Source: an uncultured Bacteroidales bacterium
Lineage (GTDB): Bacteria > Bacteroidota > Bacteroidia > Bacteroidales > UBA3663
Direction of reading: 5' to 3'
Assembly: GCA_902770595.1 (NCBI GenBank)
Contig: CACXTQ010000007.1
Span: 237 to 64,236 of the forward strand
Length of the DNA: 64,000 nt
Positions within the stretch are counted from its first letter, which is position 1; each line of letters opens with the position of its first letter. Made by a program: the position numbers and the translations under genes. Below the pieces are notes generated by a model. The model did not search any database. It was given only the letters and a program-made list of their open reading frames with translations, and was not told where the DNA came from. Shown in pieces: positions 1 to 9,860 of the stretch.

Positions 1-1
1 T

Positions 2-505
2 GCCGTTGTAAATGTACGGTTTGTGGTCCATAGTGGTATGCCAGGTGACGGTCTCGCCCATGACATCGGTAGCCTCAGACCCGGCATTGCCTTCGGCAGA
101 GACCTCGATGATCTCCTCCTCGCAACCGATCACGCGCAGCGTACCATCCTTACGAGGCATGAGCAGCACCAGCTCCTCGTTGAGGGCCATGTTGCAGAAG
201 TCCTCGGTGTCGGGTCCATCATCGGGGATGAAGGTGACAGCGGTCACGTCGTAGGAACGGCTAGGCCACTCGCCTTGTGGAGTGGACTGGAGGCTGCTAC
301 GACGGGGGATCATGTCGATTTCGTGCCAGTGTGCATCAGCAGCAAGGACGAAGTCCTCGGACATGACGCCCTTGACAGCTGCAGGCCACGTCACGATCTT
401 GCTCTTCTGGATGAAGTATCCAGTCTTGCGCATGCCAGGCTTGCGAGTCTGGCCGGGGCAGAAAGGCAGACTCTTATAGACGTTGTTAGTAACGCAATTT
501 GTCAT
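2..505 (-). CDS. Phage structural protein, probable major tail/tube protein (3'-truncated by window edge)
   Basis: Read manually from ATG at 505: MTNCVTNNVYKSLPFCPGQTRKPGMRKTGYFIQKSKIVTWP...; open to the edge; lies directly downstream of the capsid gene. Confidence 0.6.
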   Translation of the reverse strand, partial: MTNCVTNNVYKSLPFCPGQTRKPGMRKTGYFIQKSKIVTWPAAVKGVMSEDFVLAADAHWHEIDMIPRRSSLQSTPQGEWPSRSYDVTAVTFIPDDGPDTEDFCNMALNEELVLLMPRKDGTLRVIGCEEEIIEVSAEGNAGSEATDVMGETVTWHTTMDHKPYIYNG

Positions 506-530
506 GATGAATAGGAATTAAAGGTTATAT

Positions 531-560
531 CCTCGGAGGCACGTCTTATGCCTCCGGGGA
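531..560 (-). terminator. GC-rich hairpin between capsid and next structural gene
   Basis: CCTCGGAGGCA-CGTCTTA-TGCCTCCGGGG inverted repeat; no strong U-tract. Confidence 0.4.
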
Positions 561-570
561 CGGACTCGGG

Positions 571-1612
571 TTAGGGAGTGGGAAGGAGATCTGCGACAGC
601 TGGAGCCTTGACGCCATGCAGCTTGACGGCAGTGAAGACGGAAGAATCGAGGAACTTGAACTGGACGCCTGCCCACATGGTGCCGCTTACCATCACGTCG
701 AAAGGCGGGATGCGGTCGACGGTGAGGCTGTCCATCTGCGTCTTGGTGCCGCAGCCGAAGAGCATGTTGGCGGGATGGGTGACCTGGATCCAGTTGGAAT
801 CCTTCTTGGCAGCGAGAGGCAGGAGGATGGCACGGCCCTCAGAGCCGAGCACCTGAGTCTGGTTCCACTTGGTGTTGTACACCACGCTTCCCATCTCATC
901 CTTGTAGCCGCGGTTGTAGTACTCGCAGATGAGAGGATCGACGAAGAAGCGCACGGGCTTGAGCCTGTGTGCCGAAGTCCTTCATCTTCTGGTCGAGGCA
1001 GAGCCAGATGTAGTTGATGGCAGCGAAGGTGTTGGTCACATCGAGGTCGCTGTAGGAAGAGAGGTCGATGAGGTTCTTGTTGGTGGTCGAGATGGCGGCC
1101 GATGCGCCGGTGGACTCCTTGGTACAGATGGTGTCGAAGCCCTCGATAGAGGTCATCGGCGTGGTGCCGGTGTTCTCGTCGTAGGCACCCTTGAACATGG
1201 CGAAGTAGAGCTCCTCAGAGGCCTCCATCAGCTTGCGGGCGATGACCTGCACGGTGATGGGGAGGTTCTTGAGCGCGTCGCCGCTGTTGGGACCCTCGTG
1301 GTAGATGGTACCAGCCACCTCGTTGGGATCGAACTGGTCGATGAGCGACATGAGGCGGGTGGTGAGAGTGCGGCCAAGGATCTCGGCCGAGCTGTTGTCC
1401 TGCGAGTTCTTCTTGTAGAGAGCCCACGAAGCCTTGGCCTTGAGCTGGCCCCAGGTGAGAGAACCGCGCACGCCCTCGACCACTGTCATGTGCTGCAGGA
1501 TGTGGGCAAGTGCATAGACTGCGACGCTACGCAGGATCTTGTCATACTTCTTCGAAGCAGCAATGAGGTCATCAGAGCTGATGGTGATGTTGGAATTGAC
1601 GATGTTAAACAT
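571..1612 (-). pseudogene. Phage major capsid protein split by a frameshift at ~958-982 (real lesion or assembly error)
   Basis: ORF 896..1612 and ORF 571..954 join into one ~345-aa Bacteroidales-phage-like capsid (...LDQKMKDFG / KPVRFFVDP...YNTKWNQTQVLGSEG...GVQF); follows ClpP-scaffold gene. Confidence 0.7.
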
Positions 1613-1640
1613 ATCGGAAAAGATGTTTAAGAGTTAGACG

Positions 1641-2726
1641 TTAGCGAAGCGAATCGACGAGTTCGCTGGCGAGACGTGCTGCCGTAGCGTCGTCGTTGTA
1701 GTCAACGGTGCCTTGGCCCTCGGTATGCACGCCAGGCGACTTATCGCCGGGAGCCTGCTTGAGAGCGTTGACCTGAGCGGTGAGGGTGGCGATCTGCTGT
1801 TCGAGATCTTTCTTCTGCTGCTCGAGACCGGGCACCTTCTCAGCCTCGGCATTGAGGCGGGCAAGTTCGCCCTCGATGGCATCCATCTGCTGCTCGGTGA
1901 TCTCATTGGCCTTGCCCTCTGCGATGTTGATCGCCTCGATGGCCAGCAGGGCACAGACGAACTTAAAAGTTTTCTTCATAATGCTGGAAGATTGGGTTGT
2001 TTGGTTTGACTTGTTGCCATCCTCGGCTGCAGAGGGGGCAGGGTTATTGTTCTCGGGATCGTCAACAGGCTCTTCGGCCACGGGGACATCACGGCCGAAC
2101 AAGTTGACGAGAGGCTGGTACCACTTCTTGCCCTCCGGGAGGTCTGGCAGACCGTAGGCAACCTGCACCTGGGCGAAGTTCTCTTTGGCATTGGTCTTCT
2201 CACCGCCGACACTGCGCACCTCATCGACGAGCTTGAGCTGACCAACGTGAACGGCATCGAGCCAAGCGCCCTTCTTCATGACCTCGAGCACACGGTCGAT
2301 GGGGAGTCCCGACTTGTTGGCATACATCGTGGCGATGACGCGGTCGATGGTCTCGTTGTCCTGGGCATTCTTCTCGAGCTTCGAGATGAAGTCGCGGATC
2401 TCGTCGGCATTCATCATATTCCACGAGGATACCAGGTTACGGCACTTGTGAGCCAGGAACAGGGCATTGCTGTCCATGATAACCTTGGCGGCACCCATGC
2501 AGACGATGGTAGCGGCCGACGCGCACATGCCGACGATGACGCAGGTCACGTCGCCATGGTCACGGAACTGCTGGGCGATGGCAAGAGCGTGATCAACGCG
2601 GCCACCCAGCGAATTGATGCGCACGGTAACCGGCTTGCCCTCCATGCCCTGGAGTTTCCAACGCACATACTCTTTGGTGTACACCCAGCCGCCAATGTCA
2701 CCATCGAGTCCAAAATTGTACTTCAT
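1641..2726 (-). CDS. Phage ClpP-type prohead protease with C-terminal scaffold-like coiled coil
   Basis: VRINSLGG, GMCASAATIV, FLAH ClpP motifs; start MKYNFG at 2726 just below a TATCTTTG element at 2761-2768 (minus). Confidence 0.9.
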   Translation of the reverse strand: MKYNFGLDGDIGGWVYTKEYVRWKLQGMEGKPVTVRINSLGGRVDHALAIAQQFRDHGDVTCVIVGMCASAATIVCMGAAKVIMDSNALFLAHKCRNLVSSWNMMNADEIRDFISKLEKNAQDNETIDRVIATMYANKSGLPIDRVLEVMKKGAWLDAVHVGQLKLVDEVRSVGGEKTNAKENFAQVQVAYGLPDLPEGKKWYQPLVNLFGRDVPVAEEPVDDPENNNPAPSAAEDGNKSNQTTQSSSIMKKTFKFVCALLAIEAINIAEGKANEITEQQMDAIEGELARLNAEAEKVPGLEQQKKDLEQQIATLTAQVNALKQAPGDKSPGVHTEGQGTVDYNDDATAARLASELVDSLR

Positions 2727-2847
2727 GTCGGTAGAATTTGAAATGTGATTTTTGTCGATGCAAAGATACACGCGCGTAATTACAATAAAAAGGACACCGC
2801 GCAATGCTGCACGGTGCCCGACACACACACAATCTCAACAATGGCAA

Positions 2848-3264
2848 TTATGTCGCACAAAGTAGATATCCGATCTTGGAGGTCCAGGTGACGGTCACAT
2901 GCTTGACTCGCGGAGCCTGAGGATCCGCGGGATTGTCATCGACCACCGTCACCACCGGATGCGGCTGCTCGCCCACGCCGATGAGGAAGCTGCGGCCTGT
3001 CTTGTCGATGGCACGGAAGCACAGGGCGCGATTGGTCGGCACTTCGTCCTCCGTCTTGAAGGCAAGCGTAGTGGTATAGATGGTCTCGCCGTTCTCCTGA
3101 CGGCTCTCGATGCGCATGTCACCCGGCACGGGGACACAGACCACCTGGAACGATGCCAGAGGTTCGACCACTGCGCCATGACTGAACGGCACAAGGCTTT
3201 CGGCCTGCAACGGGTCTGAGGTGTACTCGACGTGCTTGATACCTGAATAAACAGTGTTGCTCAT
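2848..3264 (-). CDS. Phage hypothetical protein upstream of prohead protease
   Basis: 138-aa ORF, co-oriented with the phage module, AT-rich leader before ATG. Confidence 0.7.
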   Translation of the reverse strand: MSNTVYSGIKHVEYTSDPLQAESLVPFSHGAVVEPLASFQVVCVPVPGDMRIESRQENGETIYTTTLAFKTEDEVPTNRALCFRAIDKTGRSFLIGVGEQPHPVVTVVDDNPADPQAPRVKHVTVTWTSKIGYLLCAT

Positions 3265-3359
3265 AATAACAATTTTATTACGTAAACCCTTAAAAGACAG
3301 CATTGCCCGACATTGCTAAAACGGGCATTGCCGTAGATATTTTTTTTGGAAAAAAATTT

Positions 3360-3884
3360 TTATTTTACCGGAATCTCCTGGGGAGACTCTATCAGATGAA
3401 TCTCTCTGTAGTATTTGAGCAGTCGCATCACCTGCTTGTAGATGGTATCCTCACTGTCGATGCTGATGCCGTGGCACTCCATCCACGCCCGTGTCTGGAT
3501 CTTCCAGTTGATCATGTCGATGGCACGCTCGGCAGAGATGTTGCGGTCGGCCATCTGGTTCTCGATGAGCGCACGCACGTGGCTGGTCAGCATGACAGCC
3601 TCGAGCGTCGCGCACGAATCCTCGAGGGCACGTTCGCCGGAGACTGTCAGATGGCAGTACTTCTCAGGCGGCTTGTTGCGGTAATCGGGGATGACGAGCT
3701 TGACGTTCCAGGACTTCGGAACGGGATCCGTGCCGACAGGCATCGGCTGCAGCAGGCGATAGAGCAGGTCATGCTCGGCAGACTTGCGAGGAAAGGCGAT
3801 GGCATTGTCATCACGGTCAGCGCCCCACACATGATATACGAAATCACGCATGTACTCGCGGAATGTTAGATAGAGATATATCAT
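3360..3884 (-). CDS. Phage hypothetical protein, possible late-transcription regulator
   Basis: 174 aa with own TATCTTTG element (~3914-3921, minus); helical C-terminus; positioned just before the late genes. Function is inference. Confidence 0.55.
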   Translation of the reverse strand: MIYLYLTFREYMRDFVYHVWGADRDDNAIAFPRKSAEHDLLYRLLQPMPVGTDPVPKSWNVKLVIPDYRNKPPEKYCHLTVSGERALEDSCATLEAVMLTSHVRALIENQMADRNISAERAIDMINWKIQTRAWMECHGISIDSEDTIYKQVMRLLKYYREIHLIESPQEIPVK

Positions 3885-4039
3885 ACGGATGCTGGTTAGA
3901 GAGTATTTCGCTACAAAGATACTAAAAATTCAGATATGTTGTGCAACAATATTCCAAAAAAGTGAAAATTAGGGGTCTAAAAGGCCTCGAAAAGACCATT
4001 TCGACATTTTTTTCTATATTTTTGTGCTGATTTGGTTGA

Positions 4040-4360
4040 AAATTTCCGTAACTTTGTAACGGAGTCTAACTAATTGAAAATCGGGGACTAACGCGAACCA
4101 TCGACCGAAAACGGCCGAAAAAAGTTGTAACATTGTAACGGCATAACAGGTGATTAAAAGCCAGGACCCTATCAATAACCCTAAAATGTTACAATTTTTT
4201 TTTAATGATTTAAAAAAGTTGTAACAAAAATATATATTGATTGTCAGCGCTTTATCTCCGCTCCGTGTGCCTTGTTACAATGTTACAGAAATTTTCAAAT
4301 TATTTTGGGGATAAAAAGGGGTGGAACGGTTGCGCAACAATGCGCAACTGCGCAACAAAC
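4040..4360. repeat. AT-rich non-coding segment with clustered TTGTAAC/GTTACAA and TGCGCAAC repeats, putative phage replication origin
   Basis: GTAAC/GTTAC motifs near 4048, 4056, 4127, 4135, 4188, 4221, 4275, 4282 in both orientations; TGCGCAAC x3 at ~4330-4356; downstream of the primase-helicase. Confidence 0.55.
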
Positions 4361-4447
4361 GACACGCCACGGACGAACGGGCCTCAGATGTCTGGAGGAG
4401 AGGAAGTTAGAAAAGATGCAGTCGTGTCGAAATTAATCCAAAAAAGA

Positions 4448-4479
4448 TTTGGAAAAATCAAAAAAAATGCTTATCTTTG
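4448..4479 (+). promoter_or_regulatory. Bacteroidetes consensus promoter, antisense to phage genes
   Basis: TTTG (4448-4451), 20-nt spacer, TATCTTTG (4472-4479). Confidence 0.7.
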
Positions 4480-4530
4480 CCGCGGAAACGTATGCGCCTT
4501 TTTGCGCCCTATAAAGGGAATGTGGATATG

Positions 4531-4564
4531 ACAAGCCCCGGCACTTGTGGTGTCGGGGCTTATT
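4531..4564. terminator. Hairpin, possibly bidirectional terminator
   Basis: AAGCCCCGGCAC-TTGTG-GTGTCGGGGCTT, just 3' of the phosphatase gene. Confidence 0.65.
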
Positions 4565-4608
4565 GGGTTATGGTGTCTGTTTTGGAACTGATGAAACGAA
4601 GCGCAATG

Positions 4609-5766
4609 TCAGGGCACGCTATCGAGCTTCGGCTCTGGGGCACTTGACGGGTCTACCATAAGCTCTTTCTGCAGTTCCTTGATCTGAGCGTCCGTGACGC
4701 CAACGATCTCAGTGAAGAACAGGTAGCACTGGGTGTAGAAGTCGGGGCCGAAACGAGCCTCAAGATCCTTGTCTAAGTAGCGGAAATCATCCTCACCGTC
4801 TTTATCATCCCATCGCTTGAAGTTTTCCCAAAACATGAATGAGGTCAGCTCATAAAAGCCCTGGGCTATACGCTTGGGTACGCCGCAAATGCCCTGAAGG
4901 TAGTAGCGGAGGGTGCCTGTGCGATCCGCGCCAGCCCAGCAATTGAAAGCGACGCGATGGCCAGCCTTGAGTTCTGAGATAAGTGTCGTGATGACCTTCT
5001 TGAAGTTGGCCTGTCCGGAAGTCAGGGATGCAGAATAGGCAGGTATATTAATATTGGTGCCACGCTCGAAAAGATCTGGTCTCCAAGCCTTATCCTGTGA
5101 AGATCCTGACTTAGGAGTGCGCAAATTCAGTTGGAAATCGATGCCGAGGGACTTGATGAAGTTGTAGTCGTCGCTGCCGACCTCTACGTTGTCGGGGTTT
5201 GCACCGCTCAATACTCTATTCATTTTCATGATAGGATAATAAGCAATGTCGCGGACATTGGGCCACGTCCGAATATTGATCAGTCGAGCGAAGCCGATGG
5301 TCTTGAACTCCCCGTCCTTGATGACTTCTCCATCCTTGAATACCGCCCAACGACAAACCTTTCCCGGAAGCAGATTGTAGCACGCGAAGTAGTTATAATC
5401 CTGTTGAATTGTCTGCGATGGCTCGCCCTCACACTCAAGAAGGAGATAATCTCCCTTGCAGAACACGAGATAGGGGTTGCTCCGGTCAGCCCTGTTTTTC
5501 TCGCCAGATCCGCTGACGTACCCCGTGAAATACCACGTTCGCGAGACGTCGGAGAACTTATAGCCAAGGGCGGGAAGCAGCTTGAAGTAGTAATCTACAA
5601 GGGGATTTACGATGTTGTGGATGGGGCGGCCATCGCTGACGAAATCCTTCCACCCGGCCGAAGCCTCGGCAGCGGCGGTCTGTGCCGCCGTGCCGATGGA
5701 ACTGGAGATCATGCTGCGGACCTTCTCGAAGATGATCCGCAGCGAAGAAAGGGCTAACACCTTCAT
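4609..5766 (-). CDS. Phage-encoded protein tyrosine phosphatase-like enzyme (CX5R family)
   Basis: NVRDI...SG, LGIDFQLNLR and P-loop FNCWAGADRTG, then YELTSF. Confidence 0.8.
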   Translation of the reverse strand: MKVLALSSLRIIFEKVRSMISSSIGTAAQTAAAEASAGWKDFVSDGRPIHNIVNPLVDYYFKLLPALGYKFSDVSRTWYFTGYVSGSGEKNRADRSNPYLVFCKGDYLLLECEGEPSQTIQQDYNYFACYNLLPGKVCRWAVFKDGEVIKDGEFKTIGFARLINIRTWPNVRDIAYYPIMKMNRVLSGANPDNVEVGSDDYNFIKSLGIDFQLNLRTPKSGSSQDKAWRPDLFERGTNINIPAYSASLTSGQANFKKVITTLISELKAGHRVAFNCWAGADRTGTLRYYLQGICGVPKRIAQGFYELTSFMFWENFKRWDDKDGEDDFRYLDKDLEARFGPDFYTQCYLFFTEIVGVTDAQIKELQKELMVDPSSAPEPKLDSVP

Positions 5767-6014
5767 GACTTGTTGGTGTTGAAGAGTCCGTCGATGGCCT
5801 CGGTTACATCTTTGTCAGAGGCCACCTCCACAGCCTGCTGCTCGGGCAGTTTCTCCCACTTGCCTCCCCTTTGGCCGTAAATCGAGCCATCGGTAGGAGC
5901 ATTATCAGCTTTGCCCTTGATGGCCTCGTCCTGTTTGGATACTACGCCGCCGAGCCAGGCGACAACCGAGGCAACTGCACTGACGAGCTGCCCGAGTGTA
6001 ATAAGTTTGTTCAT
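5763..6014 (-). CDS. Small protein with fibritin foldon-like motif
   Basis: ADNAPTDGSIYGQRGGKWEKL resembles the T4 foldon [17 protein letters not shown]; 4-bp overlap with the phosphatase start. Confidence 0.65.
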   Translation of the reverse strand: MNKLITLGQLVSAVASVVAWLGGVVSKQDEAIKGKADNAPTDGSIYGQRGGKWEKLPEQQAVEVASDKDVTEAIDGLFNTNKS

Positions 6015-6027
6015 AGCGGTTAAATAA

Positions 6028-6186
6028 TTAATGGTTTAACTTCAGAGCATCGTCGATGCGCTGTTTGGTCTCAGAATCGGTGGCGACATCGGCAATGGCT
6101 ACCCATTTGTTGTCGCAACGGACATAGGGGCGTCCGTCTTTTGGGGCCTCAGGAACGAGGCCGAACAATTTGCAGATAAGTTTCAT
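6028..6186 (-). CDS. 52-aa stand-alone foldon-like protein (below ORF-track cutoff)
   Basis: MKLICKLFGLVPEAPKDGRPYVRCDNKWVAIADVATDSETKQRIDDALKLNH*, translated manually. Confidence 0.7.
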   Translation of the reverse strand: MKLICKLFGLVPEAPKDGRPYVRCDNKWVAIADVATDSETKQRIDDALKLNH

Positions 6187-6225
6187 CTCGTTTATGGTTT
6201 TTAATAGGCTATAATTTGGCTATAA

Positions 6226-6555
6226 TCATATCACATTCGACTTATAAATCCCCAACCGGCAGCCGAACAAAGGGCTCCATCTGCTACAATCGTAGCAGGC
6301 AGCCGCTTCATCGTCCGGGAACGGACATCCCAGGGCTGCAATATCCTTGTTTTCTACACCTTGAAACGGGTCGAAGCCTTTGCTGTTGATGCAATGCTGG
6401 GTCAAGGGATCATCGGCGATGACCTTGTCAGCGCAATGGCTGCACAACTCATGGGTGTCATCAACCCACCAGCAGTACCCGTGAAGGGGATGCCAGCAGG
6501 GATCATTGTCCCTGCATCCGCATATTTTACAAATACCGTAAGCCATGTTAAACAT
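6226..6555 (-). CDS. Cys-rich phage hypothetical protein (putative Zn-binding)
   Basis: CKICGC..DPC..CWW..LCSHC motif. Confidence 0.65.
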   Translation of the reverse strand: MFNMAYGICKICGCRDNDPCWHPLHGYCWWVDDTHELCSHCADKVIADDPLTQHCINSKGFDPFQGVENKDIAALGCPFPDDEAAACYDCSRWSPLFGCRLGIYKSNVI

Positions 6556-6732
6556 TCATTCTTGCCTGAAGATCCGACAGGCATCGGCACGCCCTTGTTG
6601 CAATATTGCACACAATAACCGAAATGTGATTGCTAGTTAATAATAAAGAACTCAATAAAGAGCGTGCCTTACCCGTCATCGTCTTACATCATAGGCATCG
6701 TTTTTTAGTTGTTAATATCTCTTGTTGTTTTC

Positions 6733-9700
6733 TTAGAAGTCAATTTCAGTTTGAGTCGGGACGAATGGCAAAGATGCATCGCCCTGGTCGAGTGGGTTGG
6801 CCGAATCGACGACGTTCTGGCGCTTGCGTGCGAAGTAGTCCATGAGGTGGTCGCGGTTGTCCATCATGATCAGAACCTCGACGGCGTTGTCATATCCTGG
6901 CATACGCGCGTTGCGGAGGGTCTTGATGGCACCAGGCTTCTTGTTGTCGGTCGATTTGTTGCCGAACTCGCGCGGGTTGAGTTCGTAGTCGTAGTAGTCG
7001 GCAAACGCCTTGAGCTTCGTCATGAAGTTCTGGGCGGTGAGGTATTCGAGGCCGCGCGTGCCGATGCAGGCAGCATAGGCCTCGGCCTTGACCACCTCCT
7101 GGTCGAGGTGTGAAGGGATGGCAGGCTGCTCGGGTTGCAGGCCGATGGCGGGGATGCGGTCCTGCCCCTTGAACCACTTGACCGCCCACTGGTGGAAGTG
7201 CTTGCCCATGGTCTCGAGATCCTGGCGCTTGAGGATGTTGCGCATCGGAGGATTGATCTTGGAGCCGAACTCCTCGAGGAGCACGAAGTAGGACTGCAGG
7301 CAATCGACGAGGAAGTTGTCGTCGCAGTTCCAGTAGTAGGGAGAGTACTGCTTGGTGAGCAGCTCCATGTTGAAGTCATCCTTGATGCTCCAGCGCTGCT
7401 CGCCCGTCTCGGTGTTCTCGCCATGGTAGAAGTCGGCAAACGTCTCGGGCTGCACACGTTCGAGCGTCGATGACGAGAGGTCTGAGAAGACGTAGTTGGA
7501 AGACAGCAGGAACTTCGGCGACTCGTCGAAGTCCAGCGAGAACGGGTCACGGTTCTTGGGGTTGATGCGCATGGTGCCCGTTATGGCGGTGTAGAAGTCC
7601 ATCACCTTGACGTCGGGGTTGATATCGTCGATGAAGATGATGTCGGTGTCGCGCGTCACGTCGGCGAAGACGTGAGGGTTGGCCATCAGGTTCTTGACGC
7701 GTCCGTCGAGGGCAGTCACCGTCATGCCCTGCTTCGAGATGAACGTACAGATGAACGACTTGCCCGAACGGCCGTTGCAGTGGCCCTCCTCGTCGATCTT
7801 GTTGTCGAGGCACATCACGGCAAGGGCGAGCGAAGGCATCTTCTCACGATGGCGAAGGTAGCCAGTGGCGAAGACCTTGGCGATGTACGACTCGGCCTGT
7901 GCCTGCTGCTGATCGGCATTGAGGTTGGGACCGAAGAGGTCGAAGCGGTGCATACGACGATAGGCCTCCTGCTCCTGCTCCATACCAGGTGCGTTGTAGG
8001 GATCCTGCAGCTCTGTTCGCCACTCGGTGCGCGACGAGTTGATATATACGCCCTGCACGTTGCTTACCGGCCAAGGGATGGAACCGAAGTCATCGTTGGT
8101 CTCTGTCATGTTGATCTTGACGCGCACGCGCTTGCGGCCACGGTCATCGGTATCGACGTAGATGCGATGGCAGGGGTCCTTGAGGCGACGGAAGTTGCGG
8201 TGGATGATGTTCTGGCTCCACACGTAGTGGCCCTGCGGATTGTCCTCACGACGGATGATGTTGGCACCCTTGGCCGACACATCGACGATGCAGTTGTCGA
8301 AGAAGATCATCTGAGAGTGAGGGGTGCAATCCACGAAGTTGAACCTGCGGGCAGGCAGTCGCTTGAGGTCAGCTGTCTGCACCTTGGCCACGAGTTCCTG
8401 GATAGGGGTCACCTGCGGGTTGACGTACTGCACGTAGCGGTTCACGAAGTCGTAGAGGGCCGATTCGGAGCTCTTCTCAACCTCGTAGCCATCGACGTGG
8501 ACGATATCGACGGGCTCCGACTTGCCGTCATCGTAGCGCCAGAAGCCGTTCAACGTGAGGAAATACCTCATGTTGACCATGAGGAGCTTGAACTTGGTCG
8601 TGTCGTTCTTTGTCTCCACCGACCAGAACTTGGCCTTGCGTGCCTGGCGCCACAGCAGGTCGATGTCGTGCTGGCGCGGATGATCCTCGACGTAGTCGCG
8701 GAAGTCCTTGCACGCCTTGCCTCGGTCGTTGGTGCCAGACATGTCGGTCTCGTTGAGCCAGATGGTGGCAATGTCGATGTAGGTGAGCGCCTTGAGGATG
8801 CCGCCCTTAATGCCTGCGCCATCGACGTCGGGGATGAGGTAGATGGTGTCGCAGAACTTCTTGATCGACGATATCATGTCGCCCGTCGGCAGGTCGGTGT
8901 CGTTGTTGAACCACACCGGATACTGCCCGTAGAAGCGGCAGCAGAGCGCGTCACGCTCGCCGCTGCAGATGGTCACGGCAGGCAGACGTGAGGCGTCGCT
9001 GTGCGAAGCGAGGTAGGTCTTGAGCGACTGACTCAGCTCGAACAGGCCGTTGACGAAGTTGGGCACCTTCGACCCCTTGGGCGTGTACTGGCACTTGGCC
9101 TCAGACTGGGGCTTGCCGTCGCGGTCGATCCAGGACTCGGGGTTCGAGCGGTAGATTTTGTAGAAGATATGGCCATCCTCTGTACGGCACGAACGCACGA
9201 AGACCATGTAGTCATCGTCGCAATGCTTGATGATGGTCTTCACGCCCTCCTCATAGTTGCCGGTTACAGGGTTGCGGTGCATCTTGCGCCCACCGGTATG
9301 CGATATCCACTTGCACGACACCCAGCCGAGCTCGGCGGCCACGCTGCGGGCACGCGCCATCTCGTCGGGGTCATTCACCGCGGGACCGAACAGCCAGCGC
9401 AGCTCGTGCGGAGTCATCTCCTCGCGGGCCTCCCACTTGTCGCTATGCTCAGGCTCGTCGAGCGTGGCGAAACGGGTTTCCGTATCGGGACCCTTGCGCC
9501 TGGCGTTGCCGATGATGTCATCGTAGCCCATGTAGGCACAGAGATCGCTGACATTCTTGCCGAAGTCGTCGCGCGTATCGGCGAGGCCGCGCATGGTGCA
9601 ATAGACCTGCCACCATGTCTGGGCGAACTCACCCAGCCCGTGGTCCTTGAGCATCCATTGGCGTGGTTCGTTCTGCCTGGCATAGAAGAGGAAGCAGGAG

Positions 9701-9855
9701 GCGTGCTTGTCGTTGTAGGTGGGGTTCTGGAACGCAGGGCTCTGGTTGTGGTTCAGGCAGTGCATCCGGACGTCCTCTGAGAGGCCGAGGACCTTGATGA
9801 GGATGTCAAGACCATCGTGGCTACGTTCACGGATCTTGTCTTTTACTTCCGCCAT
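6733..9855 (-). CDS. Phage DNA primase-helicase (TOPRIM plus P-loop NTPase)
   Basis: 1040 aa; ICSGERDA and LIPDVDGAG TOPRIM motifs; NGRSGKS Walker A; IIFIDD Walker B. Confidence 0.85.
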   Translation of the reverse strand: MAEVKDKIRERSHDGLDILIKVLGLSEDVRMHCLNHNQSPAFQNPTYNDKHASCFLFYARQNEPRQWMLKDHGLGEFAQTWWQVYCTMRGLADTRDDFGKNVSDLCAYMGYDDIIGNARRKGPDTETRFATLDEPEHSDKWEAREEMTPHELRWLFGPAVNDPDEMARARSVAAELGWVSCKWISHTGGRKMHRNPVTGNYEEGVKTIIKHCDDDYMVFVRSCRTEDGHIFYKIYRSNPESWIDRDGKPQSEAKCQYTPKGSKVPNFVNGLFELSQSLKTYLASHSDASRLPAVTICSGERDALCCRFYGQYPVWFNNDTDLPTGDMISSIKKFCDTIYLIPDVDGAGIKGGILKALTYIDIATIWLNETDMSGTNDRGKACKDFRDYVEDHPRQHDIDLLWRQARKAKFWSVETKNDTTKFKLLMVNMRYFLTLNGFWRYDDGKSEPVDIVHVDGYEVEKSSESALYDFVNRYVQYVNPQVTPIQELVAKVQTADLKRLPARRFNFVDCTPHSQMIFFDNCIVDVSAKGANIIRREDNPQGHYVWSQNIIHRNFRRLKDPCHRIYVDTDDRGRKRVRVKINMTETNDDFGSIPWPVSNVQGVYINSSRTEWRTELQDPYNAPGMEQEQEAYRRMHRFDLFGPNLNADQQQAQAESYIAKVFATGYLRHREKMPSLALAVMCLDNKIDEEGHCNGRSGKSFICTFISKQGMTVTALDGRVKNLMANPHVFADVTRDTDIIFIDDINPDVKVMDFYTAITGTMRINPKNRDPFSLDFDESPKFLLSSNYVFSDLSSSTLERVQPETFADFYHGENTETGEQRWSIKDDFNMELLTKQYSPYYWNCDDNFLVDCLQSYFVLLEEFGSKINPPMRNILKRQDLETMGKHFHQWAVKWFKGQDRIPAIGLQPEQPAIPSHLDQEVVKAEAYAACIGTRGLEYLTAQNFMTKLKAFADYYDYELNPREFGNKSTDNKKPGAIKTLRNARMPGYDNAVEVLIMMDNRDHLMDYFARKRQNVVDSANPLDQGDASLPFVPTQTEIDF

Positions 9856-9860
9856 AGTTG

